The notes: a model not told the origin generated them from the sequence alone. 64,000 nucleotides of DNA from Octopus bimaculoides (GCF_001194135.2 NC_068988.1:92323539-92387538); one strand, 5' to 3'; shown: positions 1 to 13,432, counted from the first letter of the stretch. Translations and numbers: made by a program.

Positions 1-1299
1 TTTGGTCAACTGAACTACAGTTTGTACAATACCATCAAATGTTAAGGATTTCTGTCATTATTGACAATTACAAGTCAATAAACTACTTATTTATTTGCTT
101 GTGAGTATTTGACTATTACCACAGACATATGTACCCTTAATGTTGTTCTCAACTGGAATCAGTGTGACATAGTTAATCAAGGCTGGACCTTTAAATTACT
201 AGTACAGTCCATCAGGTGGGCTTCCAGATGGTGATGGTACTTTCTTCATATCTGAAGATCACGAGGAGGAGCAACATGCCCTCAAGAATCTATGTAAATG
301 GACCCTTGATGCTGCTAGGCTTTTTCTTCCTGCCTTCACTTAGCAGTCTTAAAGTGGGAGTCAGTCCACTCAATATGATCTCCTCTTTAGACTTGGGGGT
401 CTGATCACTGTGACTCATTCGGCTAAGATGACTGCAGTGACCAGCAAGCTGTAGGTTTTACGTTGGGGTGACTTTCTCCAAGCTGAATTGCTTGACAGGG
501 CTAGGGAGCTACACCTACCTGGGAGTTGTTGGAGGGTGTCAAAGAAGACAGCAGACCACCTGAGTGACTCCACTTCTTGATTTGCTGTCGAGGTTGACTT
601 CCCTAGCCTTTTCCTTTCCCAAGACACTCATGTAACAGCGAGGGTTTGTGCTTAGAGTTTTTTTACGTCACAAGCTAATTAACTCATAGCTGTGACCTGG
701 ACAGGTGCTACTACATTGAGTCAGAGTAGGTCTGGGAACAGCAGTGACAAAGAGGTGGTTCCCACACATTTCAATACCCTGGAACGCCCAAACCAGGGCC
801 CAACTGCCAGATGCAGTTTTTAAAGTCATACTGAGGTCAACTTCCAGACAGTTCAACACTGTCATCAAATGATATGTGCCCATCTAACTATCAGCTATAC
901 TGGAAGATACTTTGATTTAAGGATTTTGTAACTAAGGTTTCCATTATCAATTGGCTGTATAATGAAGTTTGAGCACCTCTATCAGGAAAGCACTACTCGC
1001 CCCCCCCTCTCTCTCTCCTCTTTCCTCCTTCTTTCCCTCTTTTTCTTTCTCTCTCTCTTGTTTCAGCTTCTCTCCTCTCTACGTTTATTAAACAATTTTT
1101 TTCACTGGCCCCCTCCTAAGAAAAACATTATTAAAACAAATAAAACATTTGCGCAATCACACACATATACACACACATTAATCAATACATCAGTCACACA
1201 CTCATATACAAATCACATAGGCACACACAAATATATTTTCCACTTCAAACTTCAATATTGATTTCTATAATTCCTCACTTATTGATCTCTAATATTTCT

Positions 1300-1782
1300 C
1301 TTAGTCTAACAGGTACCACCACCACCACCATCAGGTAAATGACTACTCTTTCTGTTACCCCTCCCCCCACTACCACTGTCATCTCCCCCACCACTACCAC
1401 TAACATAACCATCTCCGCTATCATCGCCGCTACCCCTACCGCCACTACCCCTACCTCTATAGTTTCCACTACTATTACTATCATCACTGCCACTACTATA
1501 ATAGAACTACTACCACCACTACCACCATCACTCCCACTGTCACCACTCACTTTACAACTACCATCTTCTCTGCCACCATTATGACCACCACCATCATCAT
1601 CACTATTATTGCTATCACCATCACCACCACTGCCACTACCACTATCACTATGACAACCATTTTCTGTTACCATCACTCCACTCTCCATTATCTCAACACT
1701 ACCACCACCATCATTTCCTCCTCCTTGTCCTCCTCTTCTACTCAGACTGCTGCTGCTGCTGCTACTACTACTACTACTTTAT
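1300..1782. repeat. degenerate (ACC/ACT/ATC)n low-complexity tract
   Basis: Visible directly; source of the poly-T/poly-G ORFs. Confidence 0.85.
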
Positions 1783-2184
1783 AGAAATTACAACAACAGC
1801 AAGGGCTATAGTAAAAAGTGCAACAAAGGAACCTCTATGTGGTCACTCCATCTGTTAGAAATAGCAGCCAAAGCACACCTGTGCATGTTTATAAAAACAG
1901 GACATATTGGTTCACATAGTCCTAAATACAGTTTGTTTGATGTAAAAATGGGATGGTCATAATTGGAATACCTTTAATCATGTCTACTGCTTGGATAAGG
2001 GCTGACTTGTTGCAAAACAACAAGAAAATGTAGTGAATGACAGAGTTATTAGAGGATTGGGACTAAACGCCTTGTAGTATTTCTTTCAGCTCCCTGCACT
2101 GTGGTCCAAGTCTGGCCAAGGTTAACTTTGCTTTTCATCCTTTCTGGCTAGCTAAAATAGAAGAACCACTCCAGCTATAAGTGT

Positions 2185-2900
2185 GAATGTGTGGTAAAAA
2201 GTTTGCTTCCCAACCACATATATGGTTCCTTGGGCAAGTGTCTTCTGCTATAGTGCCAAGATGACCAAAGCCTTGTGAATGGATCTGGTAAGTGGAAACT
2301 GAACGAAGCCCATTGTGTATGTATGTATGTATAAATTCAAATTACGATAAACGTAAACAAACAAACGAAGTTTGCTTTTAGAGGCGTTGAGGTGTCTTAG
2401 AAAGTTAAAGAAGTGATTTTCAAATTCTCAATCACAGGATAATGCTAATAATATAGCCTGAACAGGATAAATTACCCCTATTTTGCAGAAAAAAAGTGTA
2501 GGTGGTTAGCTGTGGTCCATACATACATTCATTTGTTCATTTGTTTGTTCTCTTCTTTTTTTTATCATTTGGATTCTTTCTCTGAAGGAGTTGATTTCTA
2601 ACAAAGATACAAAGTTCCATTGTCAGAATGTATATATGTATGTGTTAGTGTGTGTGTGTGTTCATGTTTTATCATAACATCATTTGATAGTTGTAAACAA
2701 GTGTCACTGCCATACAAGCTATCGTTCATTTCCAATATTCTGCAAGCAGGATGTTTGACCATGAGAAAAATAATGGCTAGGTTGAAAACAGATGAAAGTT
2801 GGCAACAGGAAGGGCATTCAGCTATAGAAAATCTGCCTCAATAAAATCTGTCTGACTGTGCAAGCATAGAAAAGCAGCTGCTAAAATGATGATGATGATG
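2185..2900 (+). mobile_element. SINE family A, interrupted
   Basis: Head at 2185-2325, tail at 2700-2900 ending (GAT)n. Other heads or tails lie at ~5780-6010, ~9575-9680, ~10200-10440, ~12885-13110, ~21015-21185(-), ~23545-23610, ~33470-33610(-), ~36205-36355(-), ~62720-62890(-) and ~63865-64000. Confidence 0.7.
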
Positions 2901-3289
2901 ACTCCAAGGCAGACGATTGGTACAATTGTTACATTATTGAAAAAGATGCCTTTTGCTAACCCTACTCTGGCCCTTTACATTCTGATATTGTTTGTGGTAG
3001 ACTTATACCATAATCTGATTTAACGCCAAAACCTACTCCTTGAGTGCCTTAAGCAAAGTTCACTCTGTTGCAAGATTTTGAATAGGGTTTCTGGTTTGAG
3101 GAAATCTCTTCCTTCATCCTACCAGTTTTTAAAGTCTTGAGAAAATAAAGGATCATAGACGCTGCCTGTTCCTCTCTTGACTCCCCTTTTGTTCTTTTTA
3201 ATCCTTTCCTGATGACCCTTCAATTCCTGATTACTCTTCTTTTCCTAATTGCTCTTGTCTCATTGATAACCTTGCCCTTAATGACTGCT

Positions 3290-3424
3290 CTTCTCTTCTA
3301 GACTGTCCTTCCCTTCTCGACAGTCTTTCTCTTCTAGACTGTCCTTCCTTTTTAGACAGTCTTTCCTTTCTAGACAGTCCTTCCCTTCTAGACACTCCTT
3401 TCCTTCTAGGCAGACCTTCCCTCA
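3290..3424. repeat. 18-bp minisatellite TCTAGACTGTCCTTCCCT (~7 copies)
   Basis: Period 18; gives the REGQSR-like pseudo-ORF 3231-3425. Confidence 0.85.
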
Positions 3425-3435
3425 ATAATAATAAT

Positions 3436-4090
3436 GGATCTTTTCCCTTTCAACGGCAGATCGAGAAATTAATTTTTTGTAACTAAACACTTTCAAACTT
3501 TGGACACTGGTAGAATGTATCATATAAAACATCTTTTACTCTTAGTGTTGTTGAGAAAAGTTTATATTTTCAAAGTTATTTTGTGTTTAAGAATTCGTAT
3601 TTCGGTAATTTCAACCCAGCTTTTCAGATATGGAGATTCTGGAAAATTGCCAAAAATCGGAATTTTGAAATTTTTTGCCTCACCCACCCGTACCCCTCCC
3701 CCTCCAATTTCTTCATTTTTCACTTTTTTTCATTACCTTAACCCTAACTCTAAAACTTTAACCCTAAAACCCTAACCCTAACCCCCTAACCCTAAAACCC
3801 TACACACGAACGATGTCATAAATAACAGTGGCAAATGAAATATACACCACCGATAGTTGTTGTTGACAAACAATGGCAGTAATTTTATTCAGCTGAATAC
3901 ACGTCATTGATTGGTTGAAATTTCCGAAATACAACTTTAACATGAAATAACTTTGAAAATATAAACTTTTCTCAACAACACTAAGAGTAAAAGATGTTTT
4001 ATATGACACATTCTACCAGTGTCCGAAGTTTGAAAGTGTTTAGTTACAAAAAATTAATTTCTCGATCTGCCGTTGAAAGGGAAAAGATCC
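3436..4090. mobile_element. long-TIR MITE with internal telomere-like (CCCTAA)n tract
   Basis: 3436-3616 and 3913-4090 are ~180-bp inverted arms (GGATCTTTTCCCTTTCAACGGCAGATCGAG...). ATAATAAT flanks both sides (possible TSD, ambiguous within an AAT repeat). Confidence 0.9.
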
Positions 4091-4312
4091 ATAATAATTC
4101 ATTGCACTATAGGCACAAGGTGTGGAATTTTTGGGGTCAGGAGACTAGTCGATTACATTGACCACAGTGCTCGACTGGTACTTATTTTATCAACCCCAAA
4201 AAGGATAAAATGTAGAGTCAACCTGATCAGAATTTGAACTCAGAATTGATACTGAAAGAAATGTCACAAATCATTTTGTCTGATGCATTAACAATTCTGC
4301 CAGCTTGCTATC

Positions 4313-4554
4313 TTAACCCTTTAACATTTAAAGTACTTTGTCAAATGTAATGCTTATTTATTCACATTGTTTTGAATTAATCATGTATTATTATCTCATA
4401 GCTTCAAGATTTCAAAGATGTGATGATGTGATTGTGTTTTTTTTTTAGAATGACATTGTTGGGTAGGTGCAAGAGGTCAGATCTCGCCAGTTTTAACATG
4501 AAACTGGTAGAATATGTGGGCCAGATATGGCTGGCTTAAATGCTAGAGGGTTAA
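4313..4554 (+). mobile_element. TTAA-flanked piggyBac-like MITE, family 1
   Basis: TTAA|CCCTTTAACATT ... AATGCTAGAGGG|TTAA. Partial copies at ~12230-12445, ~21277-21500, ~21820-22010 and ~33778-33870. Confidence 0.85.
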
Positions 4555-4849
4555 AGGAACACCACAAAACAGTTTGTCCAATGTTCAAACAATTCTGCTA
4601 GCTTTGTTGCTTTAAACGTAATTATCATCACTCAGTAATGATAATTATTATTATCAAGATAGTGAAAGCTGGCAAAATAATTAGAGCATTGGACGAAATA
4701 CCTTGTAATATTTCTTCTGACTTTTTGCATTCTGTGTTCAGTTCCCACTGGGTTGGATTTATTCTTTCATCTCTCTTGGGTTAGTAAAATAAAGCACCAG
4801 TCAATACTGCATTTGATTGTATAGACTAATCTCCCCCTACATCAGAAAC

Positions 4850-4896
<47 letters not shown>

Positions 4897-5114
4897 CCAT
4901 CATCACCATCATCACCATCATCATCATTAAGGTGGTGAGCTGGCAGATTCATTAGCATGCTGGGTGAAATGCTTAGCTGTATTTTGTCTGCCGTTTTGTT
5001 CTGAGTTCAAATTCTGCCAAGGTCAACTTTGCCTTTCATCCTTTCAGGGGTTGATGTGATCAACTAGTCCCCTCCCCACACATTTCAGGCCTTGTGCCTA
5101 TAGCAGAAAAGATT

Positions 5115-5145
<31 letters not shown>

Positions 5146-5480
5146 TTGTAGTAGTAGTAGTAGTGATGGTGGTGGTTGTGGTAGCAGTACTGACTATCAT
5201 AATCTGTAGACATGTTTTTTTTTATAAGGTCTGACTTGTGCTTGCGAATTTCTTTGTGGTTTACTAAACTTTCTTCTGCAATGGTGAAGTACAATGGAAT
5301 AATTTAACAAATGAAGTTTATTTTGTAACAAAATAAATGAGGAAGGCTGGGTTTCTTTTTGACATTTTGCGTTTTCTCTTTGGTGATTTTTAAACAATGG
5401 CACCTGTAATGATAATAATAATAATAATAATAATAACAATAATAACAATAATAATAATAATAATAACAATAATAATAATA
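4850..5480. repeat. trinucleotide arrays (CAT)n, (TTA)/(TAG)/(TGG)n and (AAT)n
   Basis: (CAT)n at 4853-4928, mixed array at 5112-5180, (ATA)n at 5408-5480. Confidence 0.9.
4930..5110 (+). mobile_element. tRNA-derived SINE family C
   Basis: GGTGAGCTGGCAGA...GAGTTCAAATTCTGCCAAGGTCAACTTTGCCTTTCATCCTTTC. Copies at ~2040-2165, ~4100-4312(-), ~4660-4850, ~18985-19190(-), ~19210-19420(-), ~57170-57330(-) and ~58280-58440. Confidence 0.8.
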
Positions 5481-6021
5481 ACCAACAAGAAAATCCCAGT
5501 ACAGCACACAAAAGCGAAAATGATAAACATTAAACAAATGAACATTTCTGACAGAATAAATGAAGAAGCCATTTTGTTGTCTCTGCAAAACACACATGAA
5601 AATGTTAGCACAATGAAACAAGAAGAAAAAAAAGGACTTTTATTAGCAGTAACAGTACATACACACATTCACTCATTCTGTCCGTCTGTCTTTCTGTCTG
5701 TCTCCCCCCCCCTCTCTCTCTAACAAAGTGATGATGCTTTATTTTTGATAATGGTAATTGTCTTTCTTCTTTTCTTAATGTGACTAGTACAAGACAAACT
5801 GTACATATATATGAACTACAGGAAAAGAGGTCAATGTGACAAAGTTGTTCATTTTACAGCCTTTGATGAAAACATTTCTGGTCATGAGGAAATAATGCTT
5901 TGTTTGGAAACGGATGAAGGTTGGCGACTGACCGGGCATCCAGACATAGAAAATCTGCTTCAGCAAAATTCTGTTTGACCCATGCAAGCAGGGAAAAGTA
6001 GACATTAAAATGGGGATACCG

Positions 6022-7150
6022 CTGTTAAGGAGATTTAGTTAGAAAGTTAGATGAGGCACTTAGGACAGGCATCGTAATTGATATGTTGGCGGTGAGATTG
6101 GCCCTCAACCGATTTTTCAACGCCAAACACAAAGGCTGCGTTGTCAGAGCTAAGGTATGTTCACTAAGCCGGGAGGGAATGAAAGCATCATGATGGGCCT
6201 GCGTGGTGGAGGCGAAAAGTGGCAATAAAGCCACCATTCGGTCTTTGGTGAACCAGAGCGGGTGCATGGTGTTTGAACTGAAACAGATGTGTGAGGCTTT
6301 TCAGCGGCACTTTGCTCGACTGTTCAGGATGAATGGTAGGACAGATAACAGGGAAAACTCTTGTGTCTACTTGGACAGCCTGCCACAACTCTCAGGGTGT
6401 GAGATGGAGTACTGCGAAAGTCCGATAACAGCCGCGGAGATACAGGAAGCGATGAAGAGTTGCACTAGATCACAGGGTTTGGATGGTCTGCCCTATGAGC
6501 TTTATACTTCGATGCCAGACTTGTTTGCGGGCCTGTTAGCAAACGTCTACTGCAACTGGCAGCAGAATGGGAGAATTCTCACTTTTGTCTGTTGAGGGGT
6601 GGTGGCACTGCTGAAAAAGACCCAAACAAGGGGGACGTTATAGGGAATTTGAGGCCCATCACTCTGCTGATCGCAGAGTTGAAGATTTTGGTCAAGGTGT
6701 TACCCAAGAAGTTGGCACTTGTCATGGACAAACTGGTTGGCGAGGCACAAACATGTGCCATCCCAACCAGGAGTATTCATGATAACCTCCATCCTATCCA
6801 CTACATCATAGAAGGATGGGTAACGTTGCTGGCATGGGTGGGGCTCTGATCAATTTAGATCACTCTAAAGCCTTTGATAGGGTCAACCTTCAATACTTGG
6901 CAGCTGGTTTTGGTCCTGTTTTCTGTGGCTGGATCACTGCTTTGTACAGCGGCATCTGCTTGGTTGTTTGTGTGAATGGTCACCTGTCAGAGCCATTCAG
7001 CATCTTGCATTCAGTCCATCAAGAGTGTCCTCTGTCTTCCTTTCTGTATGTACTCATTCTTGAGCCATTACTACGGAAGTTGGAGGCTTTGATGGGTGTC
7101 CTGCATGATCTAGGATGTGGGAGAAGTGTGTCTGCTTACACTGATGAAGT
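6022..7150 (+). mobile_element. L1/Tx1-clade non-LTR retrotransposon ORF2 (RT) fragment, frameshifted
   Basis: Consecutive ORFs give GLDGLPYELY, LLKKDPNKGD..NLRPITLLIAELKIL, QTCAIPTRSIHDNL, LINLDHSKAFDRV, VHQECPLSSFLYVLILEPLL and SAYTDEV (degenerate YADD). Confidence 0.92.
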
Positions 7151-7459
7151 GAAGAGGCGATCTTTGAGATTGGGAGGGAGGGGCATGTGGGGATGAGCTG
7201 GAAGAAGAGAGTCTTGACATCAATGGTCAAGAGACTGACTGGAAGAGGAAGCGCAAGAAGGGAAGTGGGGTGAGAGTTGGCCTCTTCTTGCCCATCTTGT
7301 GAAAGGATGTCAGGAAATTTACACCCGGGTTGGTCAGATAGCAGTTGCTTATATTGGGTGACCGGGGTAGGGCAGGATCGCCGGAGAGATTACTGCTAGA
7401 TAGGCGAAGACGAGAGAGGAAGGTAGGTGAACCTCTTTTCATTCTCCATGCACGACGAC

Positions 7460-7720
7460 AATTTCTTAGTTCCAATATCTTTCAGCCACTTAGGTAGCTG
7501 TTTGGGTATTGTGCTAAGTGCACCAATTACCACAGAAACAAATGTCACGTTTGTCTTCCACAATCTTTTCATCTCTCTGGCTAGGCCTTGATATTTTTTT
7601 AATTTTCCCAATTTGTTTGATATCTACTCTGCTATCATATGGTATTGCAAAATCTGAAAGTTTTCATTATTTTTTCTTTGTCCTCCTTGCTTCAATAATA
7701 TATACTGTCTCCTTGCCATG
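7460..7720 (-). mobile_element. RLE-type (R4/Dong/HERO-like) non-LTR retrotransposon C-terminal fragment
   Basis: Minus strand reads ...KLKKYQGLAREMKRLWKTNVTFVSVVIGALSTIPKQLPKWLKDIG, preceded (other frame) by DFAIPYDSRVD. This is typical of the restriction-like endonuclease tail (EKxxKYxDL..VIGALG). Confidence 0.8.
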
Positions 7721-9515
7721 ACTTCATGTGCTAGTTGTAAATAAATGTCCCTGTCCTACAAGCAGTGTCCTTTATTTCCAGTCTTCTATGAAAATATGTC
7801 TGGTCTTGGGGAATATTATCTTACTTGAAAACAAGTGAGAGCTGGTAACAAGAAGAGCCTCCTGCTGTTGAAAACTTTGCCTCAAAAGTTCTGTTCAACC
7901 CTTGAAAGCACTGAAAAGTGAGCAGTAAATGAATCATGATCTAATGTCTGTTTTCTATGCTGGCATGGGTTGGATAGTTTGACAGAAGCCGGCCAGCCAG
8001 GGAGCTGTCTCGACTCCAATTGTCTGTTTTGGCATGGTTTTTCTATTGCTTGATGCCCTTCCTAATGCCAACCAAATTACAGTGTGCTGGGTACTTTTTA
8101 CAGGCCACCAGCATGGGTGCATTTATGCAGCACTAGTATAAGTGCATTTTATGTGGCACTGGTACAAGTGCATTTTACATGACTTTAACACGGGTGATTT
8201 TACATGGCACCAGCACCTGCAAAGGACATGTCTGTGCATATGGACGACCACAATTGCTGATGCTTCTTCTCAAGTACAGCAAATCACCACAACTCCCGGT
8301 CTCTTGTCATTTCCTCAGTGACACCCAACGTCTGAAGGTCCTTTTTCACCACTTCATCCCATGTCTTCCTGGGTCTATCCCTTCCACTGGTTCACTCCAC
8401 AACTGGAGATCGGCACTTCTTTAAGCAGCTATCCTCATCCATATAACTATAAAATCATAAAATTAATACGAAAGCATAAAATTATAAAGTTACAAGCATT
8501 AAATTGTATGTTATTATGAATATCATGTGAAAGTTTCATGTAAATGTATCGAATATTAAACAACATATATGACCAGCTAAAATCAGTCATTTCATCTGAG
8601 TAAATGGAAGAAAACTGTATAGAAGACATGTCATAGAGTTTATTTATTTTGTGAACCATTTGCTTCGAATGAATGTACATACATGCATACATACTTTACA
8701 CTCACACAATGTATGTATATAAAAATATATTTATTTAGTAGTGCTTGCTGAGAGCAAAGTAGATCACAAACTACAGAGAGAACTTGCCGCAAATCAACAA
8801 AATAATTTGTGTGTGTGTGTGTGTGTGTTTGCGCACGCGTGTGTGTGTGTGTGTGTGTTGATATAAACATTTCAGAGGTTTTCTCTTAACTCTGAACAAA
8901 ACTTATTTACCAGAGATATTTGAAACTGATGTAAAAATTTGCAGTCTTCAACACTGATTAATCTTCTCTCTGTGGAATCTGACCATTTTTTTTTGTTCTA
9001 TTTCTTTCTTTTTATCATTTCCTTTTTCTGTTTTTGGTTTATTTTATCAGAATTTCATTATTTTTTTTTTATTTCAACCATTTTGGAATTGTCAATCTCT
9101 CATGGAATCATTATCACCAGAGTGTGTTTTAAAGTTTTTGAAAGTAATTAAAGGACAATATATAGCCAAAGGTTCTGAATATTGAGTTTCAGATAAGGAA
9201 ATTGTTTTGTTTTTAGTCTTTTGTTATTTTCATTTTTTTTTTTGAAAAGGCAGAATGAGTAGAAATATTTTTTCATGTATTCTGATAAAAGAAACTTTAC
9301 TATGTAATGTTGGCTGTATTGTTTAGTTCACTCATGAGGTTTGATAATCTTCCAGCTCATTGTACAAATGTGTGTTGGATCTATCGACAAACTTTCCTCT
9401 CCCATGTACTGCCTTTTTCATGTATGTGTTTAATTCTTTTACTTTTGTTGCAGTTGTTGCTGCCATCTACCAGTCACTGTTAGCCAAATAGATATAGTAC
9501 AGGATTACCAGTTCA

Positions 9516-9557
<42 letters not shown>

Positions 9558-11272
9558 GTACAGTATGCATTGCTATGTGGCTAAGGAGTTTGCTCTCCAA
9601 CCACATGGTTTCAGATTCAGTTCCACTACTTGGTATCTTGGCCAGGTTTTCTACTATAGTTCTGGGCCAACTATAGGGCTATAGTATATGTGCATGTATA
9701 CACACATACGTGTCTCTCTCTATATATGTATATGTATGTATGTATGTATGTATACGTTTATGTATTTGTGTTGCAAGATTCTTGATGTGAAAACGTTATG
9801 TTAAAACAGATATTTCTATCCTTGGGGATGGTCGTCTTTTGCCAATTAAGTACACACACTATTTATTTGATCTTCACTTTGGTTTTATTATTATTATTAT
9901 TTTTAGTTTGTATGTCAAAGTTCTTTCACCACACATTCTATGACCTCTTCAGCGACTTTCCATTCCATGTGTTTCCTCTTGCCTGACCTATTCCATTTTG
10001 TCTTTCTGTTGTATGTATGTCTATTTGCACATGCATGTTTGTTTGTATCAGTGTGTGTGTGTGTGTGTTTGTGCGTGTGTCTTTTTATTTAGTATTATAT
10101 ATGTATTGTGTATGTACATATAGGTTTGTATATTACACTGTGTCCATGTCTTTTAAATAAAATATATGTGTGTATGTATATATGTGTGTGTGCAAGTGCA
10201 TTTGTGACATCTCTTCTTGACATCACATGATAGCTGTAAGTGTGAATTACCAACATGCAAGTAAGTATCATTCGTTTCCAGTCTTCCATATAAACATGGT
10301 CATGGGAAAATAGTACCTTGCTTGGAAACAAGTGAGTGTTGGCAACTGGAAGGGAATCCACCTTTAAAAATTCACCTGAGTGATTTCCATTTGATCCTTG
10401 CAAGCATGGGAAAGTAGACATTAAGACTTTGATAATGATATCATCATCATCATATCATCATCGTCATATCATCATTTAATGTCCACCTTCCATGCTGGCA
10501 TGGGTTGCATAGTTTGACAGGAGATAGCCAGGCACGAACCTGCACCAGACTTCTGGATCTATTTTGGCACAATTTTTACAGCTGGATGCCCTTCCTAACA
10601 CCAACCATCTAGCAGAGTAGACAGAGTGCTTTTTACATGGCACAAACACAAGTGAGGCCAGTTTTGGCATGGTTTTTACAGCTGGATGCCCTTCCAAACT
10701 CTAACCACTCTACAGTCATATGTACTCATATGTTGTTTTGGATTTTTGTACATCAGCTCTGCTGCTCTGTACTTGTGCAGTATTATTTGATTTTCCATTG
10801 CTTCAGTTGTCAGAAATATATATATCAAATCATCTGGGAATGTGATCTGAGATAGCTTGGTGTCCTCTCCAGTAGAAGATTTATCTACTTAACATTGTAA
10901 AACTTGAGCTGAAATTGAGCCATAAAAGTATCTTTGGACCCAGAAGCCAATTACATTAACTAATCTTTACCAAGTGAAGAATGTAGTTTAGCAGAAGTGG
11001 TTACAAATTTTAGATTCAGAAGACAAAAAGGTAAGATGATGTTGTGAATGTGAAACTTCCAGACTAGGTACATCTATATCAATAGGGAAGAGCAAGAGAA
11101 CTGTGTTATAGAGAGAAGAGACAGCTGAACTTAGAAAGAAGCCACTGATTAGTTTGTTGGTGAAGCAGGGCTTCAGCTAGCTAGTAGCTATAAAAGTTAA
11201 ATGACTAGCATAGAAAGAGAAGTGGTAAAAAAAGAGTAGCTAGTTGTAATATCAAGAAGCTAGATAGGAAGC

Positions 11273-12017
11273 AACATTATTTACATTATTTACATTTGAC
11301 GGATATTTATCCTCACCTTGTTTGTTGTTAACATGTTTAGGCTGATATACTCTCCAGCCTTCGTCAGGTTCCTTGGGGAAATTTCGAACCTGGGTTCTCA
11401 TTCCTAAGGTATTTTTCGATGTTGTTGTTGTTGTTGTAAAACCACCAATAGAAGAGAATATGACCAAAGACTGCATGTACTCCATCCCATGCAACTGTGG
11501 TAGGTTATACAAAGGCGAAACATGCCGCGCCCTCAAAATAAGGGTACAGCTGATCATGGAGACCATATAGACAAAGAACACCACTGGAAAATATAAAAAC
11601 TAAAAGAAGCAGCACATATGTTAGGAAATAATAACCTCCTAAGCAGACCGAGTGCAGATATGAGTAGCATATGGGAACTGGTATTAAGGAAGGATAGGAA
11701 AATATTAGATTTATAAGCCCTAAAAATTCACTCCATAATTGCCCACGGGCATATGGCATAGTGGTTAAGAGCATGGGCTACTAACCCCAAGATTCTGAGT
11801 TCGACTCCAGGCAGTGACCTGAATAATAATAATTATAACATTGAAAAATACCTTAGGAATGAGAACCCAGGTTCGAAATTTCCCCAAGACACCTGATAAA
11901 GGCTGGAGCATATATCAGCCGAAACGTGTTAACAACAAACAGGATGAGGACAAATATCCGTCAAATGTAACTAATGTAAATAATGTACATAATTCCTCGT
12001 CTCTCAAATATAGAACT
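11273..12017 (+). mobile_element. 5'-truncated Penelope-like element: inverted tail segment + GIY-YIG C-terminus + tRNA-like head + hammerhead-like tail
   Basis: 11437-11735 encodes KPPIEENMTKDCMYSIPCNCGRLYKGETCRALKIR and then DKEHHWKI*KLKEAAHMLGNNNLLSRPSADMSSIWELVL (GIY-YIG). 11273-11420 is the reverse complement of ~11838-11995. Confidence 0.85.
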
Positions 12018-13372
12018 GTAGGAAGCAAGATATCAGGTACATCTACCAAGGAAAGAAGGTGTTAGGTAAAAATTTATCAATTTTTCATAGTGCGAAGAGG
12101 AGAGTTGTGAATGTTTCAGATTGCATAGCAGTATGCTTCCTTTCAGTTTAAGTGGAAAGACAGTAGTGACATTGGTGTATCCTCGCCATCAAAGAGGCTG
12201 CAGTGATAGAAATCTTGAGCCTTTCGTGTTCGGATTCCTCTGTCAAATGTAATTCTTATTTATTCACATTGTTTTGAATTAGTCATGCATTATCTTGTAG
12301 TTTTGGGATTTTAACGAAGTAATTGTTTATTTTTAGAATACCTTTGTAGGGTAAATCTGAGAAGCCAGATCTGGCTGGCTTGAACAGAAAAATAACTAGA
12401 ATATTTGGGCTGGATATAGCTAGTACAAATGCTAAAGAGTTAAACAAATGAATCATGCCTTGAAAATAGCTGAGTTTTTGTAAAGTTAGTACAGGAAAGA
12501 ATTAGCTTGGATAAAATGCAATTTTGCTTTGTGCCAAATTGTAGAACCATAGCAACTATATTTCCAGTTAGACAACTGCATAAAAAAATTCTTTGAATTT
12601 ATTGATCTGTGAAAGACATTTGGCAGTGTCTTTCACTCTGTAGCCTGGTGAATGCAACTGAAACTAGTTCTATATAAATGTCTTCTGACTAGCATGTAAA
12701 TCATGTACAGGATTGTTGTTATAAGTTAGGTTTGGTGCCTAGATAAGGTAGGAATTTAGTGTAAAAGTAAGTCCTCACATGGTTCTGCAACCACAATTTC
12801 TTCTATTTATTATAGTTATTGGACCTATAACATAAGAGTTTAGGTCCACTGTTCATGTGTACATATATTATGTATATAGGTATAGGCGTAGCTGTGTAGT
12901 AAGAAGCTTGCTTCCCAACCACATGGTTCTGGATTCAGTCCCACTGCATGGCACCTTGGGTAAGTGTCTTCTACTATAGCCAAAGCCTTGTGAGTGGATT
13001 TAGTAAACAGAAACTGACCAAAGCCTTGTGAGTGGATTTGGTAGACAGAAACTGAAAGAAGCTCATTGTATATGTATGTGTGTATATATATATATATGTG
13101 TGTGTGTGTCTTTGTGTCTCTGTTTATCCCCCTACCGTCCCCATAACTTAACAGTTTGGCAAAAGTGACTGATAGAATAAGTACCAAGCTTACAAAGGAT
13201 AAGTTCTGGGGTTGATGTGTTCGATGATAATGTGGTGCTCCAGCATGGCCGCTGTCAAATGAGTGAATTAAATAAATTAATATGAAATAAAAAAAATAAT
13301 ATGTATATATACGAAGGTGAAAGATTTATCTACTAGGGGTGAGGGTATACATTCATACATATATATATATAC

Positions 13373-13418
<46 letters not shown>

Positions 13419-13432
13419 ATATATATATATAT

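Noticed and set aside
216-900. GC-richer coding-like sequence, perhaps a LINE ORF1 remnant
   Set aside because: No diagnostic motif was recovered in any frame.
3231-3425. REGQSR-repeat protamine-like ORF
   Set aside because: Product of an 18-bp minisatellite, with no ATG start or splice support, truncated by a MITE.
11741-11820. possible tRNA-Ser gene
   Set aside because: No acceptor stem and only a 3-bp anticodon stem, embedded in a retroelement. All tRNA-like sequences in this window are SINE/PLE heads.
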